Notes: generated by a model from the letters alone, not told the origin. A stretch of 63,020 nt of DNA, filler included, from Malassezia furfur (GCA_052055015.1; 2 parts of 2 records of this genome joined end to end with filler, not necessarily neighbours in it), one strand, 5' to 3'; shown: positions 31,627-43,223, numbered from the whole stretch's first letter. Translations and numbers: made by a program.

Positions 31627-32687
31627 TCGGTGCGCGCGGCCGCCTGGGCACGCGTGCGTGAGCCGCTCTCCTCCTCGTCCTCCTCAACGAGCGTGTCGAG
31701 GCTCTCTTCCACGGGCGCGACCGGCGCGCTCGGCGGCGCAGCGGCCCACGGCGAGCAGAGCGCGGGCGGCGAGCTGTGCGGCGCCTCGGGTTTGGGCTGC
31801 AGCCACGACGGCGGGCGCGTGCGCCGCGCTGCAGGTTGCACTGCTTCGCGCGCCGCGCCGCGTCCTTCAAGCTTCTCAAGGGCGCTTTCGCGGTCCTGCC
31901 CCTCGTCGGTATCGCCTTCCCAGAGGCCTGCGCGCCACTCTTGCGGCACGGGCGGCAGTGGTTTCTGTGCCATGCCCGCATGGAACAGCACGGACGCCGC
32001 CTCGAGCGTCGAGAAGCGCACCGACGCACGACCCGCGTGCGACACGCGCTGGCTCTGACGTGCGCCGGCGCCCAAGTTGCGCCCGCTCATCACCTCGAAA
32101 CTCTCACGCCGCGTCGAGATGCTCAGCTGGCGCGAGTGCCGGCTGCGGCGCTTAGACGCGTCGACAACCGACATGCGCGGCGCCGAGTCGCGCTGCGCCG
32201 ACGCCGTGCTGCCCTGCAGCGACGAGGTCGGCTGATGCGAAAAAATCATGCTCATAGGCCGCCGGCCCGCGGGCGGAGGCAGCTGCGCACCAAGCGACAC
32301 CGACGGATTGCGGACGTGTACGCTGCGGCGTTTTCCCCCAGCGCCTGCGCTGGGAGGCGGCATCGCCTGCGACAAGCGCACCGAGCTGCGCCGCCCATCG
32401 GCCACGCTCGCGTCCGATAGCATCGACTGGGTTCGTGGATGCCGCCGTCGGCTCGCGTCCGTCGCGCGCTGCGCTGACTCGCGCGCGGACGACGTCGCTG
32501 TGTTGGTCGCCTTGAACGACTGCGTGAGCAGCGTCGGCGTCGCACCGCCTTGCAGGACCACCGACGCGCGCAGCGTGCGTGACGCACGCTTCCCGCGCTC
32601 CTGCTCGCGGCGCCGCTGGAACTTGCGCAAGGCGCGCTTCGCCGCGCGGATCTGCTCCAGGCGACCGCGCTCCTCGGAATCGCCCAT
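31627..32687 (-). CDS. Uncharacterised low-complexity protein, truncated by the gap
   Basis: Long ORF from MGDSEERGRLEQIRAAKRALRKFQ running into the N linker. A possible C-terminal tail RPTTLIPARLQSPVAHS-stop lies at 31473-31526. Confidence 0.75.
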
Positions 32688-33004
32688 CGCGAAGACCCCA
32701 GCAGGTGGGAAACAGGCAAGGTGGCGCTCGACAATGACAGCCTGGCGCCGCACCGCGGTTGGCTCGTCGCGCACACGCCCCGCGCGATGAGCACACGGCG
32801 ATTGGTCAAAATGGGTCGGGTGCCAGAAATCTGCGCAGGGGTACATAAACTCTAGTATGCAGCACCGCACTCCACCGCAGGCCGGCGCGCGGCCTCGGCG
32901 CCGCCCACACGCGCAGAGTGCCGCGGCGCGCGCGGGGGCCGTGCACGCGGGGGGAAAAGGGCACCCACGGTAGGTAGGACGCGCCGCCTACAAGCGTGCG
33001 AGCA

Positions 33005-33838
33005 TCAGTGCGCTACATCGGGTCGGGGGGGATAGGTCAGGTCCGCAGCTGGATCCAGAACACCCATTTCGTATGTGCGCCCATGCCACGACAGCGTGCC
33101 GGCGCAGGGGCGCCCGTTCGGCAGCACATCTGTGCGCTCCAAATCGATATCGAGCCCACTCGCAAGGCGCTGCAGCACCACATAGGACGACACCAGGCTG
33201 TACTTGCCGTACGGATCCGGCGGCGCTCGCCGTAGCGGACAGGTAGGGGATGGGTGGTACAGGTAGCCTGTTTCGCTGCGTGTGAGTCGTCACGCGCACG
33301 TACGGATGCACCAGCAGCGCACTGGGGTCAAACGACGTCTCGTAATCGCCTGCCCACGACAGAACCCCTGCATGAGCTGCGTGCACGCACCTTCGTTCGA
33401 TAGCGCGCGATACACGATCGGTGTATCCACGGCATGGATCACGTTCCACTCACCCTGGCACTTGCTTACCCACGCAACCTCCTCAGCACCCAGCCGATCC
33501 CATAAATCCTGCCACCCCTGTTTCTCGGCCTCGGCACCTTCATCGAGCCGCAGCACAGACCGCAGCTCTGATGTATCGTCGACCCAGTGTGGTGCATCCA
33601 CCGCCACGGGCTGGCCACGGACCTGTGTGCCCGTCGGCCGCACCCGCGCAAAGAAGAAGTTGAGGAAAGGCACCGACTTGAAACACGACGTGAGGTTCTT
33701 GGGCACCGTGTCATAGAGGAACAGCTGGCCATGCACATCGACCCAGTACCGGTAGATGCGAGGGAGCTGTGGCGCTGATGCGTAGCCACGCCACTGCCGA
33801 GGCACGGTCCGCACAGCACAACGTGCCCACGTCGCCAT
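33005..33838 (-). CDS. UPF0598/DUF4505 (C8orf82-like) protein, probably mitochondrial, 3 exons
   Basis: Presequence-like N-terminus, YRYWVDVHGQLFLYDTVPKNLTSCFKS..FLNFFF, CQGEWN..DTPIVY, GYLYHP. Two introns of 23 and 28 nt. Confidence 0.85.
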
Positions 33839-33869
33839 GTTCGTTCGCACCGCACAGACAACCTCCACA

Positions 33870-34728
33870 ATGGAGCCGTTTTCGGTGCGCAACGTGAGCT
33901 ACTTGCGCATCTCGGCACACACCATTCTCATCACGGTGCTGTACCTCGACCAGCGCCATGTTCGTTGGCTAAATGAGAAACCAGAGATGTGGCACCGCGC
34001 AGTGTACGAGCTGCTCCGGCCTCGGTACGTGCAGTGCTGACCCAGTATGCGCTCGCTCTTGGCCCAGGCGCTGCAGGATCCCTCGCACGCCGCCGAGCCG
34101 GAGGTATGCGAGGCGGGCGCATCCCCTTCGGGAGCAGAAGGATTCAAGCTGCTCTTCTACTTCCGCCCACTGGATCAGTCACACAGCGTGCTTCTCAAAG
34201 TGGGTCGCCAACCTGACCCAGTCCAAATCGCTCCAGTTTCCTTCAGGGACCGTGCCGCTCGACGACGACGAGGCTGCCAATGCGCATATTCCTTCACGCA
34301 TGCAACCAGCTGAACCGGAAGTGAAGGAAGAGCCGATCGATGACGAGGGGCCCCTCTTTATACCCGCGAGCGACGACGAAGGGTCCGTGCGCGCACCGTC
34401 ACCCGCCTCAGACGAGGACGTAAAGGTGAAACCCAAGGTGCGGGTCTCCTATGCAGGTTTTTCTGTGTTTGGAAAAGAGCTTGTTTGCGTGCTAGAGCCG
34501 ACCGCAGATGCCATTGCGGCGAACCCAGACCTGTTCAACGTCGAGGACGACGCGACACGGCGCGAACAGCGCCAGCTCAGCGAGCATGCCAGGGTCGCTT
34601 TCGAGGCCCCTGCGCCCTCCCAGCGCTCCCAACGGCAGTACGGGCGCGGTGAGTCGATGCGCAATGCCAGTCGTCAGCCGACGCCCCTGTTCCGTGGCAT
34701 GACACCAGCGACCGAAGATGGATTCTAG
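33870..34728 (+). CDS. Conserved fungal protein of unknown function, 3 exons
   Basis: SYLRIS..LYLD..WLN, FKLLFYFR..HSVLLK, KVRVSYAGFSVFGKELVCVLEP. Introns 34025-34045 and 34200-34221 restore one frame. Confidence 0.7.
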
Positions 34729-34737
34729 CCTGATAGA

Positions 34738-36126
34738 TTACGACTGCGCTGCACTATCTTGCGCCATCTCGGCTTCCTCCTCCTCGACCAGGTCCAGGTC
34801 GAGCGGGTAGGTGAGCAGCGCTGCAACGCCACCTAGCCCATTCAGCTGGCGCCCGCTCTCGTGTAGTGAGCTGAAAATGACCACGGTACCACCAAAGCTT
34901 TTGACCTGGTCGCACAGGTCCACCCACTGCTTCCGACGCATCGGGTGTGTGCTGCGCAGCATTGCGTCGGAGAGTAGCAGCGTGCCAATGGCGCCGCGCG
35001 ACGCCGCAAGCACAATGGCACGCTCGCCGTACCATGCCCGGAGGTCGTCGCTGGACAGAGTGCGAAGGAATTTGTCGAGCACCTGGTTCTCCCGGGTGAA
35101 CTTGGTATCTTGAAGCTGTGCCATGACTTCGGGCGACTTGAGCACGTCCATGAGCGAGTGGACATGCGTGGTGGCAGTGTGGACCTTGAGTAGCTTCCGC
35201 TTGCCTTCGGAACCCATTAGGATTTTGTCGTTCCGGCGCGTCGCTTCCGCCAGCAAAAAGTCGTACATCGTCTCGCGCCAGAATCCAGGCGAGGCCAAGA
35301 GGACCACACGCATCGACGGCATCGACAGGAGTTTGACCACGGCGTTGTAGACTTGGTCGTTAAAACGGTCCGAGATCTTTGCCGCACCGCTCGCCGCGGC
35401 TCCATAGCCGGCGCCCGCGCGCTTGCGCGGCATTGACACTTGGATGCGCTGCTGCACCAGCGTCATGTTGTTGGTCATCAGGCATACGATCGCCTTGCCT
35501 TCGCCGAGGATCACTGCACCGACTTCGGCAGTGTTTCCTGCCTCACCGCTCTCTTCGAGCACCTCGAGATGGTGCTGGTCCCAGTGTTCCTTGGTAATGG
35601 TGAGCTTACGCTGAATCTCAATGTCCAGTGTATGAAAGGAGCCCGCGCGCACGTTGGGGTTCTCCTCGGCAACACGACCGGAAATGTGCAGCGTAGGATG
35701 GCCCTGCGTTGCGCCACTCAGCGTCGGGGGCGGCGCGGTGTTGCCCGCCTCACCTAAGACCATGGAACCCATCGGCGTTGACGCAGCGGAACTGGCTTCA
35801 CTAGCACTGCTAGGTGCGGTAACAGACCCAAGCGGTGCCGCAGGGTTCTCGCCAAGGGACATGCCGATACCACCGTCCATCTCAAAGTCGAGCTTCGACA
35901 CAGAGATGGTCAGCTGCATCCGCACTCGGTGTGACTCCGTCGAGCCCGTGGACGATTCCGAGGTCACACGGCGCACCGTTGAGGCACGCACCAAGTCCTC
36001 CGGCTGGATGAGGTTGTACAGGTGATACAGATCCTCACTGTGTTAGTCGCACACGTACTCGCACTCGGGCGTGACAGAGACACTCCCGCTGCCATCGCGC
36101 TCAATATGACGCGCCAGTATCTTCAT
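34738..36126 (-). CDS. DOM34: Pelota/Dom34 ribosome rescue factor, 2 exons
   Basis: MKILARHIERDGSGSV..PEC/DEDLYHLYNLI, GSFHTLDIE, LLASPGF, RAWYG, SSLHESGRQLNGLGGVAALLTYPL. Intron 36038-36058. Confidence 0.96.
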
Positions 36127-36458
36127 GGTAGCCGTTTGGTAATCCGCGCCGTGAAATTGGTCCAATTTACATTAGGTATGAAAGAACGGGACCTATCTCG
36201 ACATGTCCTTAGTACACCTACGGATCTAGTGCATGTCTCGTATACACGCTCACCCAGCCCCTGCACTACTGACACAGTGACTACAAGCCCATAGTCGTCT
36301 TGTTGCTCGCTTGAGTCTCAAGATGTGCGCGACATGCGCCCTTTCTCGTAGGATGCACCTCCGTTCCTGGCACTGTTTACGCTATATGGCAAGCATCCGC
36401 GTTCGAGACATCGTATCACGACTTTATGCACACCCAAACGCCGGGTGAACGTATTGCT

Positions 36459-36791
36459 TTACGACAAGAACTCCTTGATCTTCTTCTCGATCGCGTTCGG
36501 CTCGAGGCTGTCGATCTCGGCAGAACGCTCCGCGCCACGCTCTGTTGTTAGCCGACATTCCCACATACCAAGACGCAGGAACAGACGCGCGGGCGTGTCC
36601 TTGGCCTCACGCACAAGGAACGGCAGGTTGGGGTTGTTCTTCTTGATCAACTGGTAGTTATTCTGGAGGAATTTCCTGTGGTTAGCTCGTGTCACATACC
36701 GAGCACCGGCACTCCCCGCACCAACAGGCGAGAGGTGCAGACGAATCTCCTTCACCGCAGACGGGAATGCTTTCGACAGAACCGAGCTCAT
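36459..36791 (-). CDS. NDUFA2: Complex I accessory subunit B8 (L51/S25/CI-B8 domain), 3 exons
   Basis: VKEIRLHL...SAGARKFLQNNYQLIKKNNPNLPFLVREA..TPARL..ERGAE. In-frame introns 36676-36699 and 36542-36568. Confidence 0.9.
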   Translation of the reverse strand: MSSVLSKAFPSAVKEIRLHLSPVGAGSAGARYVTRANHRKFLQNNYQLIKKNNPNLPFLVREAKDTPARLFLRLGMWECRLTTERGAERSAEIDSLEPNAIEKKIKEFLS

Positions 36792-36853
36792 GGCGACAAG
36801 GTCGGAGGCGACAATTCCTGGGCAAAGACCACGTGGCTCCACGCGCTATTTCA

Positions 36854-37696
36854 CTACGGCGTTACAAGCTTGCGGCGCACACCGTCGAGCTGCGTGAGTG
36901 CGCGGCAGGTACATACCACTTTCGTAACGCGCTGCCATGTATTGGCCTTGGCTTGGGCGCGTTCCACTTTCGAAATCTCAGCTGGAGATAGCTCTACGCC
37001 CTCAAGCAGCTTGTCAATTTGCTCGCGCGACAAATTCGGGACGTAGGTGGAATTGGTATCGTACGCAGGGCCAGACTGTGTGAGCTTGGTAGACATACAA
37101 TAACAACTTCGTCCAGGACAATGATATGCGACTCGTGCCACCTGCAGGGAAGGCTGGAGTCAGTATAACACGCACGTTTTGCTGAGCGCATCAAAGATTG
37201 CCTGGCCCAACTCGCCCGCCTCTTCGGGTCCGATCTGCTGGGCGCGCTCCATGGATCGCTTCGTCGCGGCAGCATCACGCGCCTCCATCGCAGCAATAGG
37301 AACGTTGGCAACGGTGGAAAGCGCACGATTGCTGTGACTGCTTGCATATTCTTCGTCGGTGACAATGTCCACATGCACAATGCGCGCGCCTTGCACCAGC
37401 TTGAATCCAGTCGTGGCATGCGGCGCACTGCGACCCTGCGCTTCATATGAAGCAGAAGCTGCGGCACGACGCAGTGTGGGGGGCAGCGCACCCGTCGTGC
37501 CGGTCTCGAGCACTACGACGTCCAGGCCTTGATCGTACGCCCACAGGCGACCCACGACTGTGCTTTCATGAGCGTCGTAGTTTGGCGCCGAAAAACTGTC
37601 GTATGAAACGATCAGGCGCAATGGTTTCCCCATACTCGACTGCAGCAGATCCCGAGGGGATGCAGCAGACGCGTCGGGTGCCGGTCCTCGCGACAT
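36854..37696 (-). CDS. LSM12: LSM12-like protein (Lsm plus anticodon-binding domain), 4 exons
   Basis: GRLWAYDQGLDVVVLE, IG...GQAIFDALSKT/LPCRW...IIVLDEVVI, RVTKV/LDGVRRKL. Confidence 0.85.
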
Positions 37697-37766
37697 GTTC
37701 GTGGCCAAGATCCAACGCGGAGGTGCCCGGCACGTCCCACTAGGCCTTCCTCCACTCGACCCCACC

Positions 37767-39540
37767 ATGGGCGACCTCGGCAGGGCGTCTCGTTGGGATG
37801 TGCGGCACGATGCGGTGGAAAAAAGAGATGACAGATATGCGAAACGCGCGCGTGGTGAAGCAGGGGAAGCGATATCCCATGGCCTGTCGCGCTTTCACTC
37901 CAGCGGGTCCTCGGGAGCGGCGCACGCCGACTCCCTTCCTCCCGTAGGCCACGACGACAAATTCCACTGGCACAAAAAGGAGGCACAGGAACAGGATGCA
38001 GGCATCTCCCCCGAGGAAAAGGAGCGGTACAATGCTGAACGGCGTGCCGAAGCTCTACGCGAAGTTGAGCAGCTCAATGCACGTCGCGCGCAAAGAGAAC
38101 GTGAGCGAAAAGCCCGTGAAGAAAACCGCGCGTTCGCTGCGCGCAACAGTGACGCAGCTGTCATGAGCGAATGGGTGGCCAAGGAGGACCAGTTCCAACT
38201 TGAACAAATGAAGCTGCGCGCAAAGATCCGTACGCGTGAGAACCGCGCCAAACCGATTGACATGCTGGTGCTCAATTGGATGTGGGCGAATCCGGACCGA
38301 CAGCGCATCGCGGACGACAACGAGGAAGCCGGTCTTGACGCTGACCTGCGTGCACCGCCCGATGTGATCGAAAAGCTGATGCCTTCCGAGCTCGAAGAGC
38401 TTCATGGGGATATCCAGTCGTTTGTTAAGCTGGAACGCGACGCTGACACGGTGGAATACTGGCGCAACGCCCTAATTGTCTGCGACGACAAGCAGCGTGC
38501 GCTGCACGGCGATGCAGAAGGAACTCATGTGGACGCGTCCATTCTTGCCGAAACGGACGCGATGCTATCCTCCAAATCGGCCGACGAACTGCTTGACCTC
38601 CAGCGGCAGATTCGTGCCAAGCTGCGCTCTGGCGAGCCCCTCGATGTGGAATACTGGGAGGGCCTGCTGCGGCGGATTGTAGTTTGGCGCAGCATTGCCA
38701 AGCTCCGCGACGTGCACGAGTTGGTGCAGAAGCAGCGGAGCGCACAGCTCCAGCGGCGCCAACGAACCGAGGCGCAGCAGCACCAACAGGAGGTGTCGCA
38801 CGAAGTGGACGAGGAGACTGGGCCGACAAAGGAAGAGCAGGAGTCATGGTCGGAGGACATGGAGCCGCCTACGGAAAAAGAGCAAAACTTGTCGTACGAC
38901 CAACGGAAATTGCCTATTGTCACCCTTGCTTCGCAGTGGGCGGCCTTGCTGGCTGCACGCCGCAGCGTGCTCCGCACGGCATTTATACCACGACTGGCAC
39001 AGGCGCAGACAAAGCAAGAGGACAAGAACGAGAGTGCCGAGGACAAGATGTTCCGCATGGAGGCCGAGCGCGAAATGGACGCTACCGAGGAGACGTTCAA
39101 CCAGGACGTGCAGCTACCGTCGCATCCGATATACCAGTGGGCCGATAAGTATCGTCCTCGCAAGCCACGCTACTTCAACCGCGTGCACACCGGCTACGAA
39201 TGGAACAGGTACAACCAGACCCACTATGACTCGGAAAATCCGCCGCCCAAGGTGGTGCAAGGTTACAAGTTCAACATTTTTTATCCTGACCTCATCGACG
39301 CATCACGTCCGCCCACCTACAAAATCCTACGCGAGGATTCCGACGATACCGTGCTCCTCCGCTTCAGCGCCGGCCCACCATACGAGGACATTGCGTTCCG
39401 TATCGTAGACCGCGCGTGGGAATTCTCGCACCGCCGTGGGTTCCGCTGCACCTTTGAGCGCGGCGTGCTACAACTGCATTGTACGTTACCATGCATGGAC
39501 TAACCCAGTCAACTTTAAGCGATTAAAGTACCGAAAGTAG
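37767..39540 (+). CDS. CACTIN: Cactin splicing factor, 2 exons
   Basis: WVAKEDQFQLEQ..RAKIR..ENRAKPID, WADKYRPRKPRYFNRVHTGYEWNRYNQTHYD..PPPKVVQGYKFNIFYPDL, GPPYEDIAF. Intron 39481-39508 then FNFKRLKYRK-stop. Start codon uncertain (37695 is an alternative). Confidence 0.94.
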
Positions 39541-40662
39541 CTAGATATATGGACCATGCATGATCCGGCCCGTGCCACCGCAACGGGGGCATTCGCCGCC
39601 GCCGAAGAAGGCGTCCAGCATGCTGTTCGACGTCCCAGAACCATAACAATCCGGACACAGCACACCACCAATACGCGGGTCGCCTGGGAGCACGGTAATG
39701 GCGCCGACAGGAGGCGTTATCCCATACCAACCCACGGTAGGCCGCATCTGCGGTGGGCCCTGCACGTAAGGACTTGGCGGTGCCTGGTTCGGATAGGGCT
39801 GTGGTGCAGACTGTGGCACCTGCTGTTGGGGATATTGCTGCTCAGGTAGCGGCTTTTCTGTATTGCTCGCGTGTGCGTACAATGGTGGCGCCGAATTGTG
39901 CTGATCTTCCGGGAAACGCTCCGGAGCATTTGAGGGTCCGGCTTGGGGTTGGGATACCGGCATGGCTCCGGGCCCAACTGGAGGCCGCGGCGCATATACC
40001 GCATAGGGTGTCTGCATTGTCGCACTTTGCGGGCCTGTAGCCTGCCCCGTTGGCATCACATACATCATGGGCAGAGGTCGCGCATAGGGCTGATACATGT
40101 CGATGGGAGGGGTCGGGAGCGGACGCTGCAGTGAGCTGTCCTGCAGGACGGATGAAAGCGAGGTACTGCCTTCGTAGGCCTGTTTCAAGGCGCCGCTGTA
40201 TGTGCGTCCATATTTGCGCCAGCACCGTGAGCACGCACGCGAGGGATCACCCCCTTTGTACCCCGTGTTTCCACATTTTTCACAGCGTGCCTTGCTCTGT
40301 GGGTATACGAGGAATTTTCCGTCGCGGAGCAGTGGATGACCGGGTCGTGGATGCGTGGTTGGCAATGGGCCAACCGGAGTAGGTCCCGAGGGAGGTCCCG
40401 AGGGAGCTAAGGCGGTTGTCGGGCGCGGAGATGTCTGAGCCGAAATCGATGCAGACGGGACTGCCGGCGCTATAGACCCTTGCGAAGATGTGGTTGCCGA
40501 GCTAAGTGGCCTCGGAGGAATCGGAGGCACGGTCAAAGATTGTTGTGGGGTCTGATCTTCCGTATGTTGCGCGAGGCTTTCGTGCACCACCTCTTCATAC
40601 GCAGGTGGGGCTTCCTGGTCGTTGGGCATCCGTGGAATTGGGTGGAGGGGAGGTCCGTGCAT
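39541..40662 (-). CDS. HUA1: HUA1-like proline-rich Zn-finger protein (PY motif)
   Basis: PPAYEE, PGHPLLRDGKFLVYP..CEKCGNTGYK..CSRCW, PGDPRIGGVLCPDCYGSG..CPRCGGTGRI. Confidence 0.85.
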   Translation of the reverse strand: MHGPPLHPIPRMPNDQEAPPAYEEVVHESLAQHTEDQTPQQSLTVPPIPPRPLSSATTSSQGSIAPAVPSASISAQTSPRPTTALAPSGPPSGPTPVGPLPTTHPRPGHPLLRDGKFLVYPQSKARCEKCGNTGYKGGDPSRACSRCWRKYGRTYSGALKQAYEGSTSLSSVLQDSSLQRPLPTPPIDMYQPYARPLPMMYVMPTGQATGPQSATMQTPYAVYAPRPPVGPGAMPVSQPQAGPSNAPERFPEDQHNSAPPLYAHASNTEKPLPEQQYPQQQVPQSAPQPYPNQAPPSPYVQGPPQMRPTVGWYGITPPVGAITVLPGDPRIGGVLCPDCYGSGTSNSMLDAFFGGGECPRCGGTGRIMHGPYI

Positions 40663-41042
40663 GTGGTGGGCCTATCGTGCACGACAGCTGTAATGCAATG
40701 CGTACTCCGGGGTTGAGTCTGTCTATGGACGTGAGCGTAAAGCAAAGCAGTGAGGAGCATCATTTTGTACGGGCCTATTTCTATCAGCCTAGCACGGGCT
40801 CCCACCCACCAGGATCGAGACAGACGGGGCCACGTGGATCTTGGCACACAAATTGACGAGCGGGGTGTGGATCACATCCTACGTAATTACCTCGATCACC
40901 ACAGCAAACGAAGTTTCGGATGCTTTGGAGGCTCACGGGCGCGAGCGCGAGGCCATCGTTGTACGGACTCCGCACGCGACTCAATGTGGAGGTATCCTGT
41001 TCGCGCGAGCAGCGTCGGAGCACGCATTTCTTCCATATCACC

Positions 41043-42149
41043 ATGAGTGGAGACCGTGTGACGATCCCATCGCCCGCCGACTTCCATGTGCATCTCCGTC
41101 AGGGAGAAATGAGCGAGCTGGTTACCCCCCACGTTGCCAAAGGGGGCATTGACCTCACCTATGTTATGCCCAACCTGGTGCCGCCGCTCACGTCTTCGGA
41201 CCAGACGGTTGCGTACATTGAGCAGCTGCAAAAGCTTGCGCCGCAAACCAAGTTCCTGGGCACGCTGTACCTCCACCCGGACCTCACCCCCGAGGAGATC
41301 AAGCGTGCGGCCAAGGCGGGTGTGCGCGGCGTGAAGAGCTACCCCCGAGGTGTCACGACCAACAGTGACAGCGGAATCGAGGATTACGAGGTGTACTACC
41401 CGGTCTTCCAGGCCATGGAGGAGGTGAACATGGTGCTGAACCTTCACGGAGAAGTCCCATCCGATGCCGACAAAGGCATCTGTGTTCTAAACGCTGAGCC
41501 GCAGTTCCTGTCGCACTTGGAAAAGATCCACAAGCAGTTCCCTCGCCTGCGCATTGTGCTGGAGCATGCCACGACCCGTGCGGCAGTAGATTGTGTGCGC
41601 CGTCTTGGCGACACGGTCGCTTGCACCATCACGCCGCACCATCTAGAGCTCATTGTCGATGACTGGGCGGGCCGTCCGATCAACTTCTGCAAGCCGGTGG
41701 CCAAACTGCCCGACGACCGTGCGGCGCTGCGTGACGTGATTCGCGAGGGCCACCCCCGCTTCTTCCTGGGCTCCGACTCGGCACCCCACCCGCTTGCAAG
41801 CAAGTACCCCTCGCCCGCGTCGCGTGGATCGACCAAAGACCTTGTGCACAACTGCGGATGTGCAGCGGGTATCTACACATCCCCCATTCTGCTGCCGCTG
41901 TGTGCCACGCTGCTGGAATCGTTCGGCGCTTTGGAGCAGCTGCCCAAGTTTGTCTCGGAGAACGGACGGAAATTCTACCAGGAGCCTGCGGACGAGGGGC
42001 GCCAGGTCGTGCTGCGCCGCGTGAAGAACAAGGTGCCCGAAGTGTATGTGCACGAGAAGCACACGGATCGGCCCGATGCCGATGGCCAGAAGCTGCAAGT
42101 CGTGCCGTTTTATGCTGGGCAAGAGCTTGCATGGGAGATTGAGGCATAG
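41043..42149 (+). CDS. URA4: Dihydroorotase
   Basis: DFHVHLRQG, VMPNLVPP, GVKSYPRGVTTNS, LNLHGE, IVLEH, FCKPVAK, FFLGSDSAPHP. An upstream in-frame ATG exists at 40920. Confidence 0.96.
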   Translation: MSGDRVTIPSPADFHVHLRQGEMSELVTPHVAKGGIDLTYVMPNLVPPLTSSDQTVAYIEQLQKLAPQTKFLGTLYLHPDLTPEEIKRAAKAGVRGVKSYPRGVTTNSDSGIEDYEVYYPVFQAMEEVNMVLNLHGEVPSDADKGICVLNAEPQFLSHLEKIHKQFPRLRIVLEHATTRAAVDCVRRLGDTVACTITPHHLELIVDDWAGRPINFCKPVAKLPDDRAALRDVIREGHPRFFLGSDSAPHPLASKYPSPASRGSTKDLVHNCGCAAGIYTSPILLPLCATLLESFGALEQLPKFVSENGRKFYQEPADEGRQVVLRRVKNKVPEVYVHEKHTDRPDADGQKLQVVPFYAGQELAWEIEA

Positions 42150-42374
42150 GGACATCGATGGTAGCTTGACCATGATACAGCGCGCGTGGGACGGCCGTCG
42201 TGCGTTTGCACGGACCGCGACAGTGCCCTTTGTCCTACCATAGCCTTAGTGCGCCATGCTCCCACGTGGCTCCCTTTGTTCCCACGTGTGTGGGGGAGTT
42301 GAAAGGAGGACGACGACGGCACGATGCAGAGCGTATCAGGTAGTGTCCACGTCCTTCTGGTTCAGCTAGATACC

Positions 42375-43173
42375 ATGTTGCGCGTAGCACACCCCATCCG
42401 GATACCCGCAGAAGTTGCTGCTCCCGTCGGCAACGTTGCGCTCACTGCGGCCGTGCTTGGTGTAGGGCTGGGTCTGTGCGCGCCGCAGGCAATTGCACTG
42501 TTAATTGACTGGGCTCGGGATACACAAGGATGGACGTCGTTGCTCACGGCGCCACCTTTGCATTTCTATCTGGCTGCATGGACCTTGTTCCACCTGCTCG
42601 AGTTCCTCGTGACCGCGTATTGGAACGCAACCCATTTACAAGCCGACTGTACGTATGGCGTACACTGATCCAGCCTTCCTACTGCAAAATGGCGTCGAGT
42701 ATGCCGCAGCGCATGTGTTTGGCTTGCTCGAGTTTCTTGTGGAAGGCGCGTTCGTGCCGCACTGGAAGCAGGTCCGTGCGCTGCAGGTGCTGGGAGTGCT
42801 GCTGCTCGTGCTAGGACAGGTGGTGCGGTCTTTGGCGATGGTACACGCTTCGACCAACTTTAGCCACACGGTTGCGAGTGCGAAGCGCGACGACCATGTG
42901 CTGGTGACGCATGGCGTGTACCGCTTGGCGCGGCATCCCTCGTATGCGGGCTTCTTCTACTGGGCGGTTGGCACCCAAATTTTGCTGGGCAACCCTGTTT
43001 CCACACTGCTATTTATTTCTACGCTCTCGCGCTTCTTTGCGCAGCGCATTCGTCGTATGTGCCGTGCTGACCCAGACGAAGAGTACTTCCTCCACCGCTT
43101 CTTTGGCAAAGAGTACGCGCGCTACGCCGCGCGCGTGCCGGCGGGCGTGCCCCTGGTGCGCTTTGTCACGTGA
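42375..43173 (+). CDS. STE14: Protein-S-isoprenylcysteine O-methyltransferase, 3 exons
   Basis: FHLLEFLVTA, RSLAMVHASTNFSH, LVTHGVY..RHPSYAGFFYW, RI.HEE..L..FFG..Y..Y. Introns 42649-42673 and 43055-43075. Start could be 42324. Confidence 0.93.
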
Positions 43174-43223
43174 CACGTGTTGGTGTTCGGTGTTGGGTGC
43201 ACGCAGGGTGCTTTCGTAGCGGC

